Part shown: one piece after another, positions 1 to 10,191 of the stretch | How the letters are laid out: each line of letters opens with the position of its first letter | Numbering within the stretch: the stretch's first letter is position 1 | Origin: Candidatus Bathyarchaeota archaeon | Lineage (GTDB): Archaea > Thermoproteota > Bathyarchaeia > Bathyarchaeales > Bathycorpusculaceae | Direction: 5' to 3' | NCBI GenBank assembly: GCA_963828195.1 | Contig: CAWHDT010000009.1 | Location: 117,819 to 181,818 of the forward strand | DNA length: 64,000 nucleotides | The notes under the pieces: model-generated | What the model was told of the DNA's origin: nothing | Seen by the model: the letters and a program-made list of their open reading frames with translations, nothing else | Databases searched by the model: none | Position numbers and translations under genes: made by a program

Positions 1-466
1 TAACGCCAGTCCAGATGTAAGTTTTTAGTCCTGTAGTGGGAAGTTTTCTCTTAATTATCTGCTTCACATCGTTCAATTCATTTAAGTCCCTTAAAGTTGC
101 AATTGCCCTCACATTGTAAACACTGTTATACTGGCGGTAGGCACGTATCTCCGTTATTTTCTCTATAAACTCCATAACTTGATCTATTTGCTGAGCATCA
201 ATACTGATGAGCAGAGTTGCAAGCGCGGCATTTCCGAAATGGCCAAAATTCATCTGAATTGTTGCCCCGTTAATTATGCCTTTTTTTTCCATTGCCCTGA
301 AACGTTTCCAAACTTTGTTTTCCGAGACTTCGCATTCTCTGGCTATTTCACCAAAACCTACCCGACCATCTTGTAATAGTTTTTTCAGTATTTTAGAATT
401 AAGCTCATCGATTTTAAACACGTTATTTTCTCTAAGTTCTTCACTTTTTCGGGTTTTGGGATTCAA
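1..466 (-). CDS. Lrp/AsnC-family transcriptional regulator (partial, runs off the window start)
   Basis: Not in the ORF track. Manual translation from TTG at 466 gives ...KIDELNSKILKKLLQDGRVGFGEIARECEVSENKVWKRFRAMEKKGIINGATIQMN, a typical AsnC HTH. Paralogous to the neighbouring gene. Confidence 0.85.
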   Translation of the reverse strand, partial: MNPKTRKSEELRENNVFKIDELNSKILKKLLQDGRVGFGEIARECEVSENKVWKRFRAMEKKGIINGATIQMNFGHFGNAALATLLISIDAQQIDQVMEFIEKITEIRAYRQYNSVYNVRAIATLRDLNELNDVKQIIKRKLPTTGLKTYIWTGV

Positions 467-545
467 AATTTCTTATTTCCTTGCAGAATTTTAAAGAAAA
501 TTGCAAATTTATCGTTTTTGGCTAATTTAACGTCTGCGGCTTTGT

Positions 546-1526
546 TTAGAAAGTCGATATATATTGGCGCGGTGATGGCCATTTGTCTCGTACTCTTACT
601 ACTTCCATATCAATTTTTATTATTTCTTGAATTTTCCCAAGTTCTTCTTGAATTGAAAGTAACTGCTCTAAGTCCCGTATCATTGCCCAAATTTGCAAAT
701 CGTAGTCTCCAGTTGTTTTCATGATGCTTATAATATCAGGGATTTTACTGATTTTCTTAATAATTACTGAGTTTTCCTGTGAGGTAGCGGTGAAAAAAAT
801 GCATATAGCTTTGTATCCGATTTTTTTAGGATTTATTTGAATTGTAGCTTTCAATACACCGTTTTTCTTTAGTTTTTCGTACCGCCTTTTAACGGTATCA
901 GCTGCGATTCCTATTTCTGTAGCAAGTGCCTCAATGGGCATCCGTCCGTTCTCAGAAAGTTTGTCAGCTATTTTCTGATCAATTTGGTCGATGACTAAGG
1001 TTTGAGCGCTGCTCTTTTTTTTAGAACTTGACTGGAAAGTGCTTGTATCCTCTATATTTTTTATCTCATCTGGAATTATTGCCAAGTTATAATTCATTTC
1101 TTTTACATCTGTCCAGATTCCAGTTCTCATTTCGAAAACGGAAAAATGATTTTTGATGTCGTCTTTGATTTCGTTTAATTCTTCAAGCGTTCTTAGAGTT
1201 ACGACAACATCTATATTTCCTTTGATTTGCCTGCTGTAGAAGGAAAAAACTCCTGGCATTTTTTGCAGGTACTCTATAAGTTGCTTTTCTTGCCGTGAGT
1301 CAAAATTGATTAGAATATGCGCGACTGCCTTGTAGCCAAAGCTCTTATAATTAATGTGTATTGTCGCACCTATGATTATGCCAGCTTGTTCCATTTGGGC
1401 ACGATTTTTCTGAACAATTTCTTCAGTTGTTCCTATTTTTTCCGCAATTTCGCTGTCGCTTTTGCGTCCATCGGATAATAAACTTTTGAGAATTTTTGCT
1501 TGAACTGCACTAATTTGCTCGGTTAA
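546..1526 (-). CDS. Double-domain Lrp/AsnC-family regulator
   Basis: ORF 546..1394 contains a RAM domain and a second HTH (IDQIDQKIADKLSENGRMPIEALA). The frame stays open to about 1526 and encodes the first HTH (QAKILKSLLSDGRKSDSEIAEKIG). The start codon is uncertain. Confidence 0.88.
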   Translation of the reverse strand, partial: LTEQISAVQAKILKSLLSDGRKSDSEIAEKIGTTEEIVQKNRAQMEQAGIIIGATIHINYKSFGYKAVAHILINFDSRQEKQLIEYLQKMPGVFSFYSRQIKGNIDVVVTLRTLEELNEIKDDIKNHFSVFEMRTGIWTDVKEMNYNLAIIPDEIKNIEDTSTFQSSSKKKSSAQTLVIDQIDQKIADKLSENGRMPIEALATEIGIAADTVKRRYEKLKKNGVLKATIQINPKKIGYKAICIFFTATSQENSVIIKKISKIPDIISIMKTTGDYDLQIWAMIRDLEQLLSIQEELGKIQEIIKIDMEVVRVRDKWPSPRQYISTF

Positions 1527-1772
1527 GACCTTTTATCCCTCGTAGAGATTCTTGGTACTTTGTCTTTATATTTAAATTCATCGCACATTTCGCATTTCCC
1601 GTCCTTTTACCGTCTGCATTCGCAGATTCTGGCTTTGTAATCCGAGCTCCTATTATTTTCCTTTTATTGTCGAAAATGGCAATTTTATCCGATTTTATTT
1701 AAGGTTTTAAAAACGTTTAAATGTACACAACGGAAAAAGTCTAGTCACAAAATAAAAAGGAGAAAAAGAAAA

Positions 1773-4649
1773 ATGCAAATTGTTAAAAACAAAATCGCAG
1801 CAATTGTGATTGCTATATTCTTAACACTTTCAATAGGGGCTTCAATAATGCTTATTCCAACTGCTAGTGCACATAACCCTCCGATTACAATTCCAACCTA
1901 CGCCTACATATCGGCGTCGCCTAATCCGGTAGGTGTCGGCCAGCAAGTGACCATTTATATGTGGCTTAACCAGGTTTTCGGCTATTATGCTGCTGCAGGA
2001 GCCACAACAACAGCCGACTATGCACAGGTAACAAATAATTACAGATTCCAAAACTACAATCTGACTATCATAGCACCTGACGGTACAACAAACTCAACGA
2101 TTTTCAGTTATATTGCTGATCCAACATCAGACCAGTACCTATTATACACCCCAACCCAGACTGGAACATATCAACTCATCTTTACCTTCCCAGGACAAGC
2201 CTACAATCAAACCACCCCAGGCGGTAGCGGCACTTATGACCCAGCTTCAGTGTTGATTGGCGACACTTATGCGCCAAGCTCAGCAAACACAACGATGACT
2301 GTGCAGCAAGCACCAATTCCCGCAGCTACAGGCAGCTCCCCGCTTCCAACACAATACTGGACATATCCAATATACGGTGAGAACACCTACTGGTACACGA
2401 TTTCGTCAAACTGGCTCGGTTCAGGTTCTCCAGTCAGTTCTGCAACGGGCTATGGCGGTCTTTCCTTTGCCACTGCTTACCCAACATCATCAGCAATCCA
2501 AGCGTATCCCGGAGATGCCGTTGGACCACTAACTAGCCATGTTATGTGGACGTATCCAGTTGAAGAAGGCGGAGTTGTCGGAGGAAACGAATTTACCAGC
2601 GGCGGTTCCTATCCAGGCAATCCTCAGGGAGTCGGATACTTTGAAGGATCAGCTTACAACAACCGATATATAAATCCAATAATATTGGACGGCAACATAT
2701 ACTACACAGAACCAGTAACATTAACAGGCCCTTCCAGCGGACCAACTGTTTGCCAAAGCCTACAAACAGGACAAATAATTTGGAGCAGTACACAGATACC
2801 CGCGCTATCATTCGGCTACATATACAACGTATGGTCCGTTGACCAACATGGAGTTTATCCAGCAATCTTATTCACAGCCAACTTTGCCCGTGCTTTTGAC
2901 GCATTCACAGGGGATCCACTATTCAACGTAACTGGCGTTCCATCAGGCACAATAGCCCAAGGACCAAGTGGGGAACAGTTAAGATACGTCCTAACGAACG
3001 ACGGCACCACCGCCTCACCAGCCTATTATTTAGGCGAGTGGAACTCATCTAGGCTTTGGGAGACAGTTGAGAATCCATGGAGCCTTGCGGTTGTCGATAA
3101 CCCAACGCTCTACAACGACTCTACAAGTTCTGGCGCTGCTTTAACCACAGGCCAATCACAGGAGGCAAACGTGACAGAACCTGCTCTAGGAGCTGTTGCC
3201 GGTAACAACAATAACGAACCTGCCACCTCCAATTACGTTGTCTACGGAAACGTCGTAAATGTCAGCAACGCACTATACAGTTATGACTGGAACGTTTCGA
3301 CACCAGCGCTCAACACCATGACCACCGCACCTACAATACTTGCAGCTCTAGCCGGAAACGTGCTGCTTTGCAAGAACGGCACTTATCCGGTTGCCACCGC
3401 AACAAGCGTTACAGGCGCATTCAGCTCAACCCCCTACACATACTTCGCAGTCAACCTCAACGCAACTAGAGGCCCAATCGGCGAAATTCTATGGTGGAAC
3501 ACAATTACGCCATCAGGCACCGTGTCAGTCTCATTTGGCGGAGTTAACCCGACAGTTAACGTCTTCGTTGAAGCATACAGAGAAACCACACAATTTGTCG
3601 GATACAGTCTGACAACAGGACAGGAAATATGGGGTCCAACTGCACCTCAAGCAGCCTTTGACTACTACGGCAGCCCAGGAGCAGGAACAATAGTCAGCCA
3701 ACTAGCTTACGGGAAACTCTACAGCAGCGCTTTCGCAGGAATACTCTACTGCTATGATTTAACTAATGGAAACCTACTTTGGACCTACGGCAACGGCGGC
3801 GAAGGTAACAGCACTAACGCAGGCTTAAATACGCCCTACGGCGATTACCCAACCTTCATAAACGCAGTCGGCAACGGAGTAATATACACCGTGACTACTG
3901 AACACACCATCATCGACCCAATTTACAAGGGCGCACTGGCACGTGCCATCAATGCCACAACCGGAGCAGAAATCTGGACCTTATCGGACTACACAGGCGA
4001 ATTCACACAAACAAGTTATGCCATTGCTAATGGGTATGCAACATTCTTCAACGGCTACGATGACCAAGTTTACAGTGTGGGCCAAGGACCAAGCGCAACC
4101 ACGGTAACAGCGCCACAGACTGCTGTCACAGCAGGCGCTAATGTAGTTATCCAGGGTACAGTGATGGATATTTCAGCGGGCACACAGCAAACACAGCAGA
4201 AAGCGGACTTTCCAAACGGCGTTCCGTGCGCATCTGACGCAAGCATGAGCGCTTGGATGAGCTACGTATATCAGCAACAACCAATGCCAACCAACTTCAC
4301 CGGCGTTACAGTTTCAATAGACGCAACTGACCCTAACGGCAACTTTGTCCACCTCGGCGACGCTACAACCGACGCTAAAGGCTTATTCACTTTCACTTGG
4401 ACACCTCCAAGCGTTCCAGGCAGCTACCTAGTCACAGCAACATTCGCTGGCACCAACGGCTACTGGGGCTCAAGCGCAGAAACCGGCATGACCGTACAAA
4501 ACGCAGCAGCAACACCTGCACCGACAGCGACACCTGCATCAAACCTCGCAACATCATCAGAACTAACACTTGGAATCGCAGCAGCAGTAATCGCTATAAT
4601 CATCGCAATCGCAATAGTCGGCTTGCTCTTACTAAGAAAAAAGCCATAA
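1773..4649 (+). CDS. Large secreted, membrane-anchored PQQ-like beta-propeller surface protein
   Basis: Signal peptide, propeller-type repeats (YCYDLTNGNLLWTY, AINATTGAEIWT), many N-x-S/T sequons, Ig-like C-terminal region, P/T linker, TM helix and basic tail (LLRKKP). Confidence 0.8.
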   Translation: MQIVKNKIAAIVIAIFLTLSIGASIMLIPTASAHNPPITIPTYAYISASPNPVGVGQQVTIYMWLNQVFGYYAAAGATTTADYAQVTNNYRFQNYNLTIIAPDGTTNSTIFSYIADPTSDQYLLYTPTQTGTYQLIFTFPGQAYNQTTPGGSGTYDPASVLIGDTYAPSSANTTMTVQQAPIPAATGSSPLPTQYWTYPIYGENTYWYTISSNWLGSGSPVSSATGYGGLSFATAYPTSSAIQAYPGDAVGPLTSHVMWTYPVEEGGVVGGNEFTSGGSYPGNPQGVGYFEGSAYNNRYINPIILDGNIYYTEPVTLTGPSSGPTVCQSLQTGQIIWSSTQIPALSFGYIYNVWSVDQHGVYPAILFTANFARAFDAFTGDPLFNVTGVPSGTIAQGPSGEQLRYVLTNDGTTASPAYYLGEWNSSRLWETVENPWSLAVVDNPTLYNDSTSSGAALTTGQSQEANVTEPALGAVAGNNNNEPATSNYVVYGNVVNVSNALYSYDWNVSTPALNTMTTAPTILAALAGNVLLCKNGTYPVATATSVTGAFSSTPYTYFAVNLNATRGPIGEILWWNTITPSGTVSVSFGGVNPTVNVFVEAYRETTQFVGYSLTTGQEIWGPTAPQAAFDYYGSPGAGTIVSQLAYGKLYSSAFAGILYCYDLTNGNLLWTYGNGGEGNSTNAGLNTPYGDYPTFINAVGNGVIYTVTTEHTIIDPIYKGALARAINATTGAEIWTLSDYTGEFTQTSYAIANGYATFFNGYDDQVYSVGQGPSATTVTAPQTAVTAGANVVIQGTVMDISAGTQQTQQKADFPNGVPCASDASMSAWMSYVYQQQPMPTNFTGVTVSIDATDPNGNFVHLGDATTDAKGLFTFTWTPPSVPGSYLVTATFAGTNGYWGSSAETGMTVQNAAATPAPTATPASNLATSSELTLGIAAAVIAIIIAIAIVGLLLLRKKP

Positions 4650-4708
4650 AACAAAAAACAGTAAAAAACCACAATCTATCTTTCCCTTTTTTAGTCCTAA
4701 AAAGCAAC

Positions 4709-4822
4709 GGAGAAAAGAATAGGGGCTGAGAAGGCTCTGGGTGAATTAACAAAGAGCAATTGCCTTTAGCAAGCAATTCATCTTTTCTCCTTTAAATTTT
4801 TCCCAGAGCCTCAGCAAACCCC
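4709..4822. repeat. Nested inverted-repeat (structured) intergenic element
   Basis: GGGGCTGAG-AA-GGCTCTGGG (4722-4741) pairs with CCCAGAGCC-TCAGC-AAA-CCCC (4802-4822). GGAGAAAAGA (4709-4718) is perfectly complementary to TCTTTTCTCC (4781-4790). Confidence 0.7.
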
Positions 4823-5033
4823 ACTTTTATATTTCGTTTTTAATCACCCAATTGTTTTTTTGGAAAACATAGCTTAGTTTTGTCAACCTGCCTTATGCAT
4901 TGAACCTTGTTACCGCTTTTCTTTCTCATTCAAATGTTGCTCGCTTGAATAGAGCTCAGAGAAGCAAAAAGGAATAGAAAAAAAGATTAGTAAGAGCAAT
5001 GCACGTATAAACATTGAACAGTGAAGGAATTTA

Positions 5034-6791
5034 ATGGAAAAAAGGCTTTTTCAGGTTTGCTTTTTCTTGGCGCTCTTCAGTTTGCTGCTTATCGCGCCGA
5101 TTGGGAGAGTTTCAGCCCAAACAGTGTGGAATCTAGAGGTATCTGACTTGTCAAACAACACGGTTACCTATAGTTACAGTCAGATTTTGGCGATGCCGCA
5201 AACCAGCATAGACTCACCTGAGTACTGTTACGGTACCTTGGTAACCAGCGGCGTCTGGACCGGAGTAAGCATGAGCTACTTGCTCCAACAAAGCGGATTA
5301 ACGTCAGCGGTCGCATCAGTAAACTTCATGGCAACGGACGGATACACAGTAAGCCTCCCGTTAACCGAAGTCACCCAGCCAGACGATATCATAGCCTACC
5401 AATCAAACGGCGCATCCCTAACGGAAACACTGCGTTTGGTGATTCCTGAAGACAACGGCAACGAGTGGATCGCAATGCTCACTTCAATAAGCATGAGCAC
5501 AGCCATAGTTTCACCTGGGCTTCCCGCTGGAACAGGAGGAGGGTCATTCCCATTGCCTTCAACGATGCCCACTCCAATATTTTCACCTACTCCAGCGCCA
5601 ACAACGACACCCACATCAACACCGTCTCCTAGCCCATCACCTATGCCCAGCCCATCGACAAGTCCTTCAACAAGCCCCAGCCATCTCCTAATTTGGAACT
5701 ACACCACAGGAAACGCAGTTGAGTCATCTCCTAATGTTGTCGGCGGCGTCGTCTACGTTGGGTCACAGGACGACGAGGTTTATGCTTTGAATGCGGCAAA
5801 CGGGGTGCAAATCTGGAATTTCACCACTGGCGGCTACGTGTTTTCTTCGCCTGATGTAGTTGGAGGCGTCGTTTACGTCGGTTCATATGACCACAGAGTT
5901 TATGCGTTAAACGCCACCAACGGAGCCCAAATCTGGAACTATACTACGGGAGGCTATGTATCTTCTTCGCCAGATGTCGTCGGCGGAGTAGTCTACGTTG
6001 GCTCGTACGACGATAAAGTCTACGCTTTAAACGCAACGGACGGAGTTCAAATCTGGAGTTACACCACAGAAGACCTCGTGCGTTCTTCCCCCACAGTCGT
6101 CAACGGGGTCGTCTACACAGGCTCAAGCGACACTTACCTATACGCATTAAACGCCGCCAACGGAGCCCAAATTTGGAACTACACCACGGGAAGCGCGGTG
6201 GTTTCGTCTCCAACTGTTGTTGACGGCGTCGTCTACGTCGGGTCAGAACACTCAAACCTCTACGCTATAAACGCAGCAGACGGAGCCAAACTCTGGAACT
6301 ACACTACGGGAAACTCTGTAGAGTCATCTCCAGCAGTTGTCGGCGGAATCGTTTATGTTGGCTCTGAGGACGCTAAGGTTTACGCTTTAAACGCCACGAC
6401 CGGAGTCCAAATTTGGAACTACACTACAGGAAGCGGGGTGGTTTCATCTCCCAATGTGGCTGGCGGCGTTGTTTACATCGGATCAAGCGATGGTAAAATA
6501 TATGCATTAAACGCTGCGAGTGGCGAGCAAATCTGGAACTTCACCACTGGAAACGCTGTGGTTTCGTCTGCTGATGTAATTAGCGGCGTTGTCTATGTTG
6601 GCTCAGGTGACGGCAACCTTTACGCTTTGAGAGCTCGCCCGATAACAAGCTCTGAAGTTCCAACAACTTATATTATCATCTCGGTAGCAGTGATAATAAT
6701 TGTAATCGCGATGTCTGCATTAGCGCTTAGAAAAAGAAAAATAAGCGCAAACAACCCCAATTCGCTCGATATAGCTCAAAATTTCATCTAG
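5034..6791 (+). CDS. Secreted molybdopterin-binding oxidoreductase-like domain fused to a PQQ/BamB-type beta-propeller
   Basis: N-terminal sulfite-oxidase-like motifs (YCYG...WTGVSM, ATDGYTVSLP, LRLVIP...GNEW), a Pro/Ser/Thr linker, eight ~40-aa repeats (WNYTTG..V.SSP.VVGGVVYVGS.D..VYALNA) and a C-terminal TM helix. Confidence 0.8.
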   Translation: MEKRLFQVCFFLALFSLLLIAPIGRVSAQTVWNLEVSDLSNNTVTYSYSQILAMPQTSIDSPEYCYGTLVTSGVWTGVSMSYLLQQSGLTSAVASVNFMATDGYTVSLPLTEVTQPDDIIAYQSNGASLTETLRLVIPEDNGNEWIAMLTSISMSTAIVSPGLPAGTGGGSFPLPSTMPTPIFSPTPAPTTTPTSTPSPSPSPMPSPSTSPSTSPSHLLIWNYTTGNAVESSPNVVGGVVYVGSQDDEVYALNAANGVQIWNFTTGGYVFSSPDVVGGVVYVGSYDHRVYALNATNGAQIWNYTTGGYVSSSPDVVGGVVYVGSYDDKVYALNATDGVQIWSYTTEDLVRSSPTVVNGVVYTGSSDTYLYALNAANGAQIWNYTTGSAVVSSPTVVDGVVYVGSEHSNLYAINAADGAKLWNYTTGNSVESSPAVVGGIVYVGSEDAKVYALNATTGVQIWNYTTGSGVVSSPNVAGGVVYIGSSDGKIYALNAASGEQIWNFTTGNAVVSSADVISGVVYVGSGDGNLYALRARPITSSEVPTTYIIISVAVIIIVIAMSALALRKRKISANNPNSLDIAQNFI

Positions 6792-7125
6792 TTGTCGGCG
6801 TTGCCTTGCGAGGTAAATGCTATTTTTTTTGTCTTTGTAGGTCAGCACAGCTCTTACTTTTTTGTGGCTAGTTGACCCAGTATGGAGTTAAACGATACTG
6901 GTCCCTTAACAGCATACAGGACCGACATCCCATTGCATAAACGATATTATTTTTAGTAGAGTAGCAACTCAGCGAATGGAAACGCCAGCACTAAGACCAC
7001 CAAGTGCTTCCATCTGCTCCCTCTAATTTGGCGAAAGCAATATAAAGCTAAATTGGTTAAGGGTGAGGAAGCGAACGAGAAAATTAAGTTTCTTGCTCGA
7101 TAAAAAATTTGAAGGAAAATAAAAA

Positions 7126-9990
7126 ATGCAAAATCTAAAAAAGAAATCAATGGCTATTTTGATCGCTTTAGTTCTAACAATCTCTATAGGAGCTTCAATG
7201 GTATTAATGCCTAATGCTAGCGCACACAGTCCACCTTGGAACATTACAGATGCGGCGTTTCTACAAGCTGCACCCAACCCAATCGGTGTGGGGCAAACTC
7301 TCGTAGTGACTTTTTGGACAGCCCAACCTGTGCCTAACGCACTCATCACCAACAACATAAGAAAAGGAAACTACACCCTTGCTGTCACATTACCTGACGG
7401 AACAACTGCAACCCTATGGACACCTAGCGAAATCGTTTCCAACACCGGCGGCGAACAAACCATAACGTACATACCTACAGAAACAGGCCAATACCAGTTC
7501 AACTTCCTCTTCGGAGGAATGACATACCCAACTCTGGCACAAGTAACGTCAACCGTACCCCTCACAGCAGCAACAAATGCATCAATCAACGCTCTTGCAG
7601 GAGACATTTACGAGCCTGAAACCGCAAGCTTAAATGTCACCGTACAGCAACAACCCCTAACTCAAACTTTCTATCCGCTTCCAACAGCCTACTGGACTCG
7701 CCCAATAGAAGGTGAAAACATCTACTGGTACACGGTTGCATCAAACTGGCTCGGACCATCTTCTGGACAATTAGGCACTGACAACGTTGGTGGCTTTAAT
7801 AATTACCAGACTTCTGGTACAGCGCCAACTTCAGGTCACATAATGTGGACAATGCCCATTGAGTTCGGAGGAGTCGTCGGCGGAACCAACACAGCTGTTC
7901 CTGGAGCAACATACTACTCAGGCAGTTCATATGAACCAAGATTCTACAACGCATTAATTCTGAATGGAAATCTATACTTCAAGATGCCTATTGGCGATTA
8001 TGGTACGATGACCGCTGTAAACGGCGTTTACTATGGCGGAGATTTCGTTGACATAAGCTTAGCTACTGGAAAAGTTGTATGGGCAAATGCTAGTCCAACA
8101 TACGATCCAACATGGGGTCAACTATTCAACTGCGTTAACCCGAACCAATCCGGAGTTACTGGCGGATACCTATATCAAAGCTGGACCGTAGCTGGAGCTG
8201 TCAGCAATGCTGCAGGCAGCACGGTTACACCTGCTAACGTAACTTGGATAGCTTACGACGCATTCACAGGCGACTGGATGTTTAACATAACCAACATTCC
8301 ACAAAGCCAAACCGTTTACCAAACAAGCAGCAACGGAATATTAAGCGGCTCAATGCTAAGCGAAGTAACATCAGCTGCAGGCATGGGTCCAAGCGGTGAA
8401 CTGCTAAAACTATTCCTTGGCTACAATACTGCAACCCAAACTGGATGGATAGCTCAATGGAACACTACTGATATACTCGAAAACCCACTCATTGAAATGA
8501 GCGAATACAGACCTGTCGGCACAATAGTTAACGGCGGAACTTCAGGAGCATACGACTGGAACATGACAATAAGCGGCGGTGCTTTAGACGGATTAGCTGT
8601 CAACGCAACTGCTCCGAATGGAGTTTCTCTAACCGGTCCAACAATCAACACATACATTCCTGGCGACATTTTGGTTGGAACAAGCAGTGGACTATCACAA
8701 GGTGTCGGTCCTCAATACACTCCAAACCCATTCACAATGTGGGCAATTAACCTCAACGCAACAGTGGGTCCAGTAGGAAAGGTATTGTGGGTCCAAAACT
8801 ACACTGCGCCAAACTTAATGAACGGCAACTCGTACTTAGGCAGCTACACTCAGAGATTCGGACAGGTAGATCCAGTAAACAATGTCATCACGATGCAGAT
8901 CGGTGAAACAATGGAGTGGATGGGCTACAGTTTAACCACCGGAAACTATATGTGGGGTCCAACAACCACAGCGTTCCCAGATGGCTACCAATACTTCGGC
9001 AGTGGACTAGGTATCGGACAATGCGCGACTACTGCTTACGGCAACATCTACGTTCAAGGCTACGGCGGAACTATTCAATGCTATAACACAGCCACCGGCG
9101 TTCTAACCTGGATATGGGGTAACGGCGGCGAAGGCAACAGCACCAACGACGGAATCAACTCACCTTGGGGTCTATTACCCACCATGATTACTGATGTCTG
9201 CAACGGAATGGTCTACGGCTATACTACTCAGCACGGAAACGGCGCTCAATCACCTTACTATGTCAACGAATTTGAATTCTGCCTCAACGCAACCACAGGA
9301 CAACAAATCTGGGCTATGAACGGTCAATCTCCAAACGATGGAGGCGGAGGATATCCACAAAACATCATTGCAGACGGACAAATGCTCTACTACAACATGT
9401 ACGACAACCAAATCTACGATATCGGACAAGGACCAAGCTCAACTACCGTTACAGCACCTGATGTCGGCGTGACAACTGCCACACCAATAACAATCACAGG
9501 CACAGTGACGGATGTTTCACCAGGCACACAACAAACAGAGCAAAAAGCAGACTTTCCAAACGGCGTTCCATGCGTATCTGACGCAAGCCAAAGCCAATGG
9601 ATGGAATACGTATACATGCAAAAGCCAGAGCCAACCAATGTAACCGGAGTTCCAGTGACAATATCAGTCGTTGACTCGAACGGCAACAGCAGAGTTATAG
9701 GCACAACAACAACTGATGCAAGCGGCACCTACAGCTTAGGATGGACACCTGACATCACCGGCGCATACACTGTAATAGCTTCTTTCGCAGGATCAAACTC
9801 GTATTGGGGATCATCCGCTGAAGCACACTTCGACGCCGCCGCGGCACCAGCAACACCCGCACCATCCGCTACACCAGTATCAGGGCTAGCATCGACAAGT
9901 ACCGTAGAGTTAGGAATAGCAGCAGTAATAATTGTGATAATCATAATTGGCGCAGTACTTGCACTGTTGCTTCTCAGAAAACGACCATAA
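7126..9990 (+). CDS. Large secreted PQQ-like beta-propeller surface protein (paralog of 1773..4649)
   Basis: Same architecture and shared motifs (PNPIGVGQ, LPTAYWTRPI, GNGGEGNSTN, QKADFPNGVPCVSDAS, LLRKRP). Confidence 0.8.
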   Translation: MQNLKKKSMAILIALVLTISIGASMVLMPNASAHSPPWNITDAAFLQAAPNPIGVGQTLVVTFWTAQPVPNALITNNIRKGNYTLAVTLPDGTTATLWTPSEIVSNTGGEQTITYIPTETGQYQFNFLFGGMTYPTLAQVTSTVPLTAATNASINALAGDIYEPETASLNVTVQQQPLTQTFYPLPTAYWTRPIEGENIYWYTVASNWLGPSSGQLGTDNVGGFNNYQTSGTAPTSGHIMWTMPIEFGGVVGGTNTAVPGATYYSGSSYEPRFYNALILNGNLYFKMPIGDYGTMTAVNGVYYGGDFVDISLATGKVVWANASPTYDPTWGQLFNCVNPNQSGVTGGYLYQSWTVAGAVSNAAGSTVTPANVTWIAYDAFTGDWMFNITNIPQSQTVYQTSSNGILSGSMLSEVTSAAGMGPSGELLKLFLGYNTATQTGWIAQWNTTDILENPLIEMSEYRPVGTIVNGGTSGAYDWNMTISGGALDGLAVNATAPNGVSLTGPTINTYIPGDILVGTSSGLSQGVGPQYTPNPFTMWAINLNATVGPVGKVLWVQNYTAPNLMNGNSYLGSYTQRFGQVDPVNNVITMQIGETMEWMGYSLTTGNYMWGPTTTAFPDGYQYFGSGLGIGQCATTAYGNIYVQGYGGTIQCYNTATGVLTWIWGNGGEGNSTNDGINSPWGLLPTMITDVCNGMVYGYTTQHGNGAQSPYYVNEFEFCLNATTGQQIWAMNGQSPNDGGGGYPQNIIADGQMLYYNMYDNQIYDIGQGPSSTTVTAPDVGVTTATPITITGTVTDVSPGTQQTEQKADFPNGVPCVSDASQSQWMEYVYMQKPEPTNVTGVPVTISVVDSNGNSRVIGTTTTDASGTYSLGWTPDITGAYTVIASFAGSNSYWGSSAEAHFDAAAAPATPAPSATPVSGLASTSTVELGIAAVIIVIIIIGAVLALLLLRKRP

Positions 9991-10191
9991 AAGCCATAAA
10001 ACAAAAACATAATAAAACCTCTTTTCTTTTTTTTATATTGCTTCTAAATCAAGTTTGTTGATAAGTATTATTACTTTAAAATTATGGGCCTAACAGCATG
10101 CTTGCATGTGCTTGGAATAAAAGTTCAACCGTGACCCATAGGGATAAATCAAGCGGTAACAGGAGGGCTTTCTTTATTCGAAGTAAAAAGC

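Noticed and set aside
5690-6630. Regular ~120-bp repeats that could suggest a CRISPR array or a DGR template
   Set aside because: They are in-frame beta-propeller coding repeats that vary at synonymous positions. There are no unique spacers and no cas or reverse transcriptase gene.
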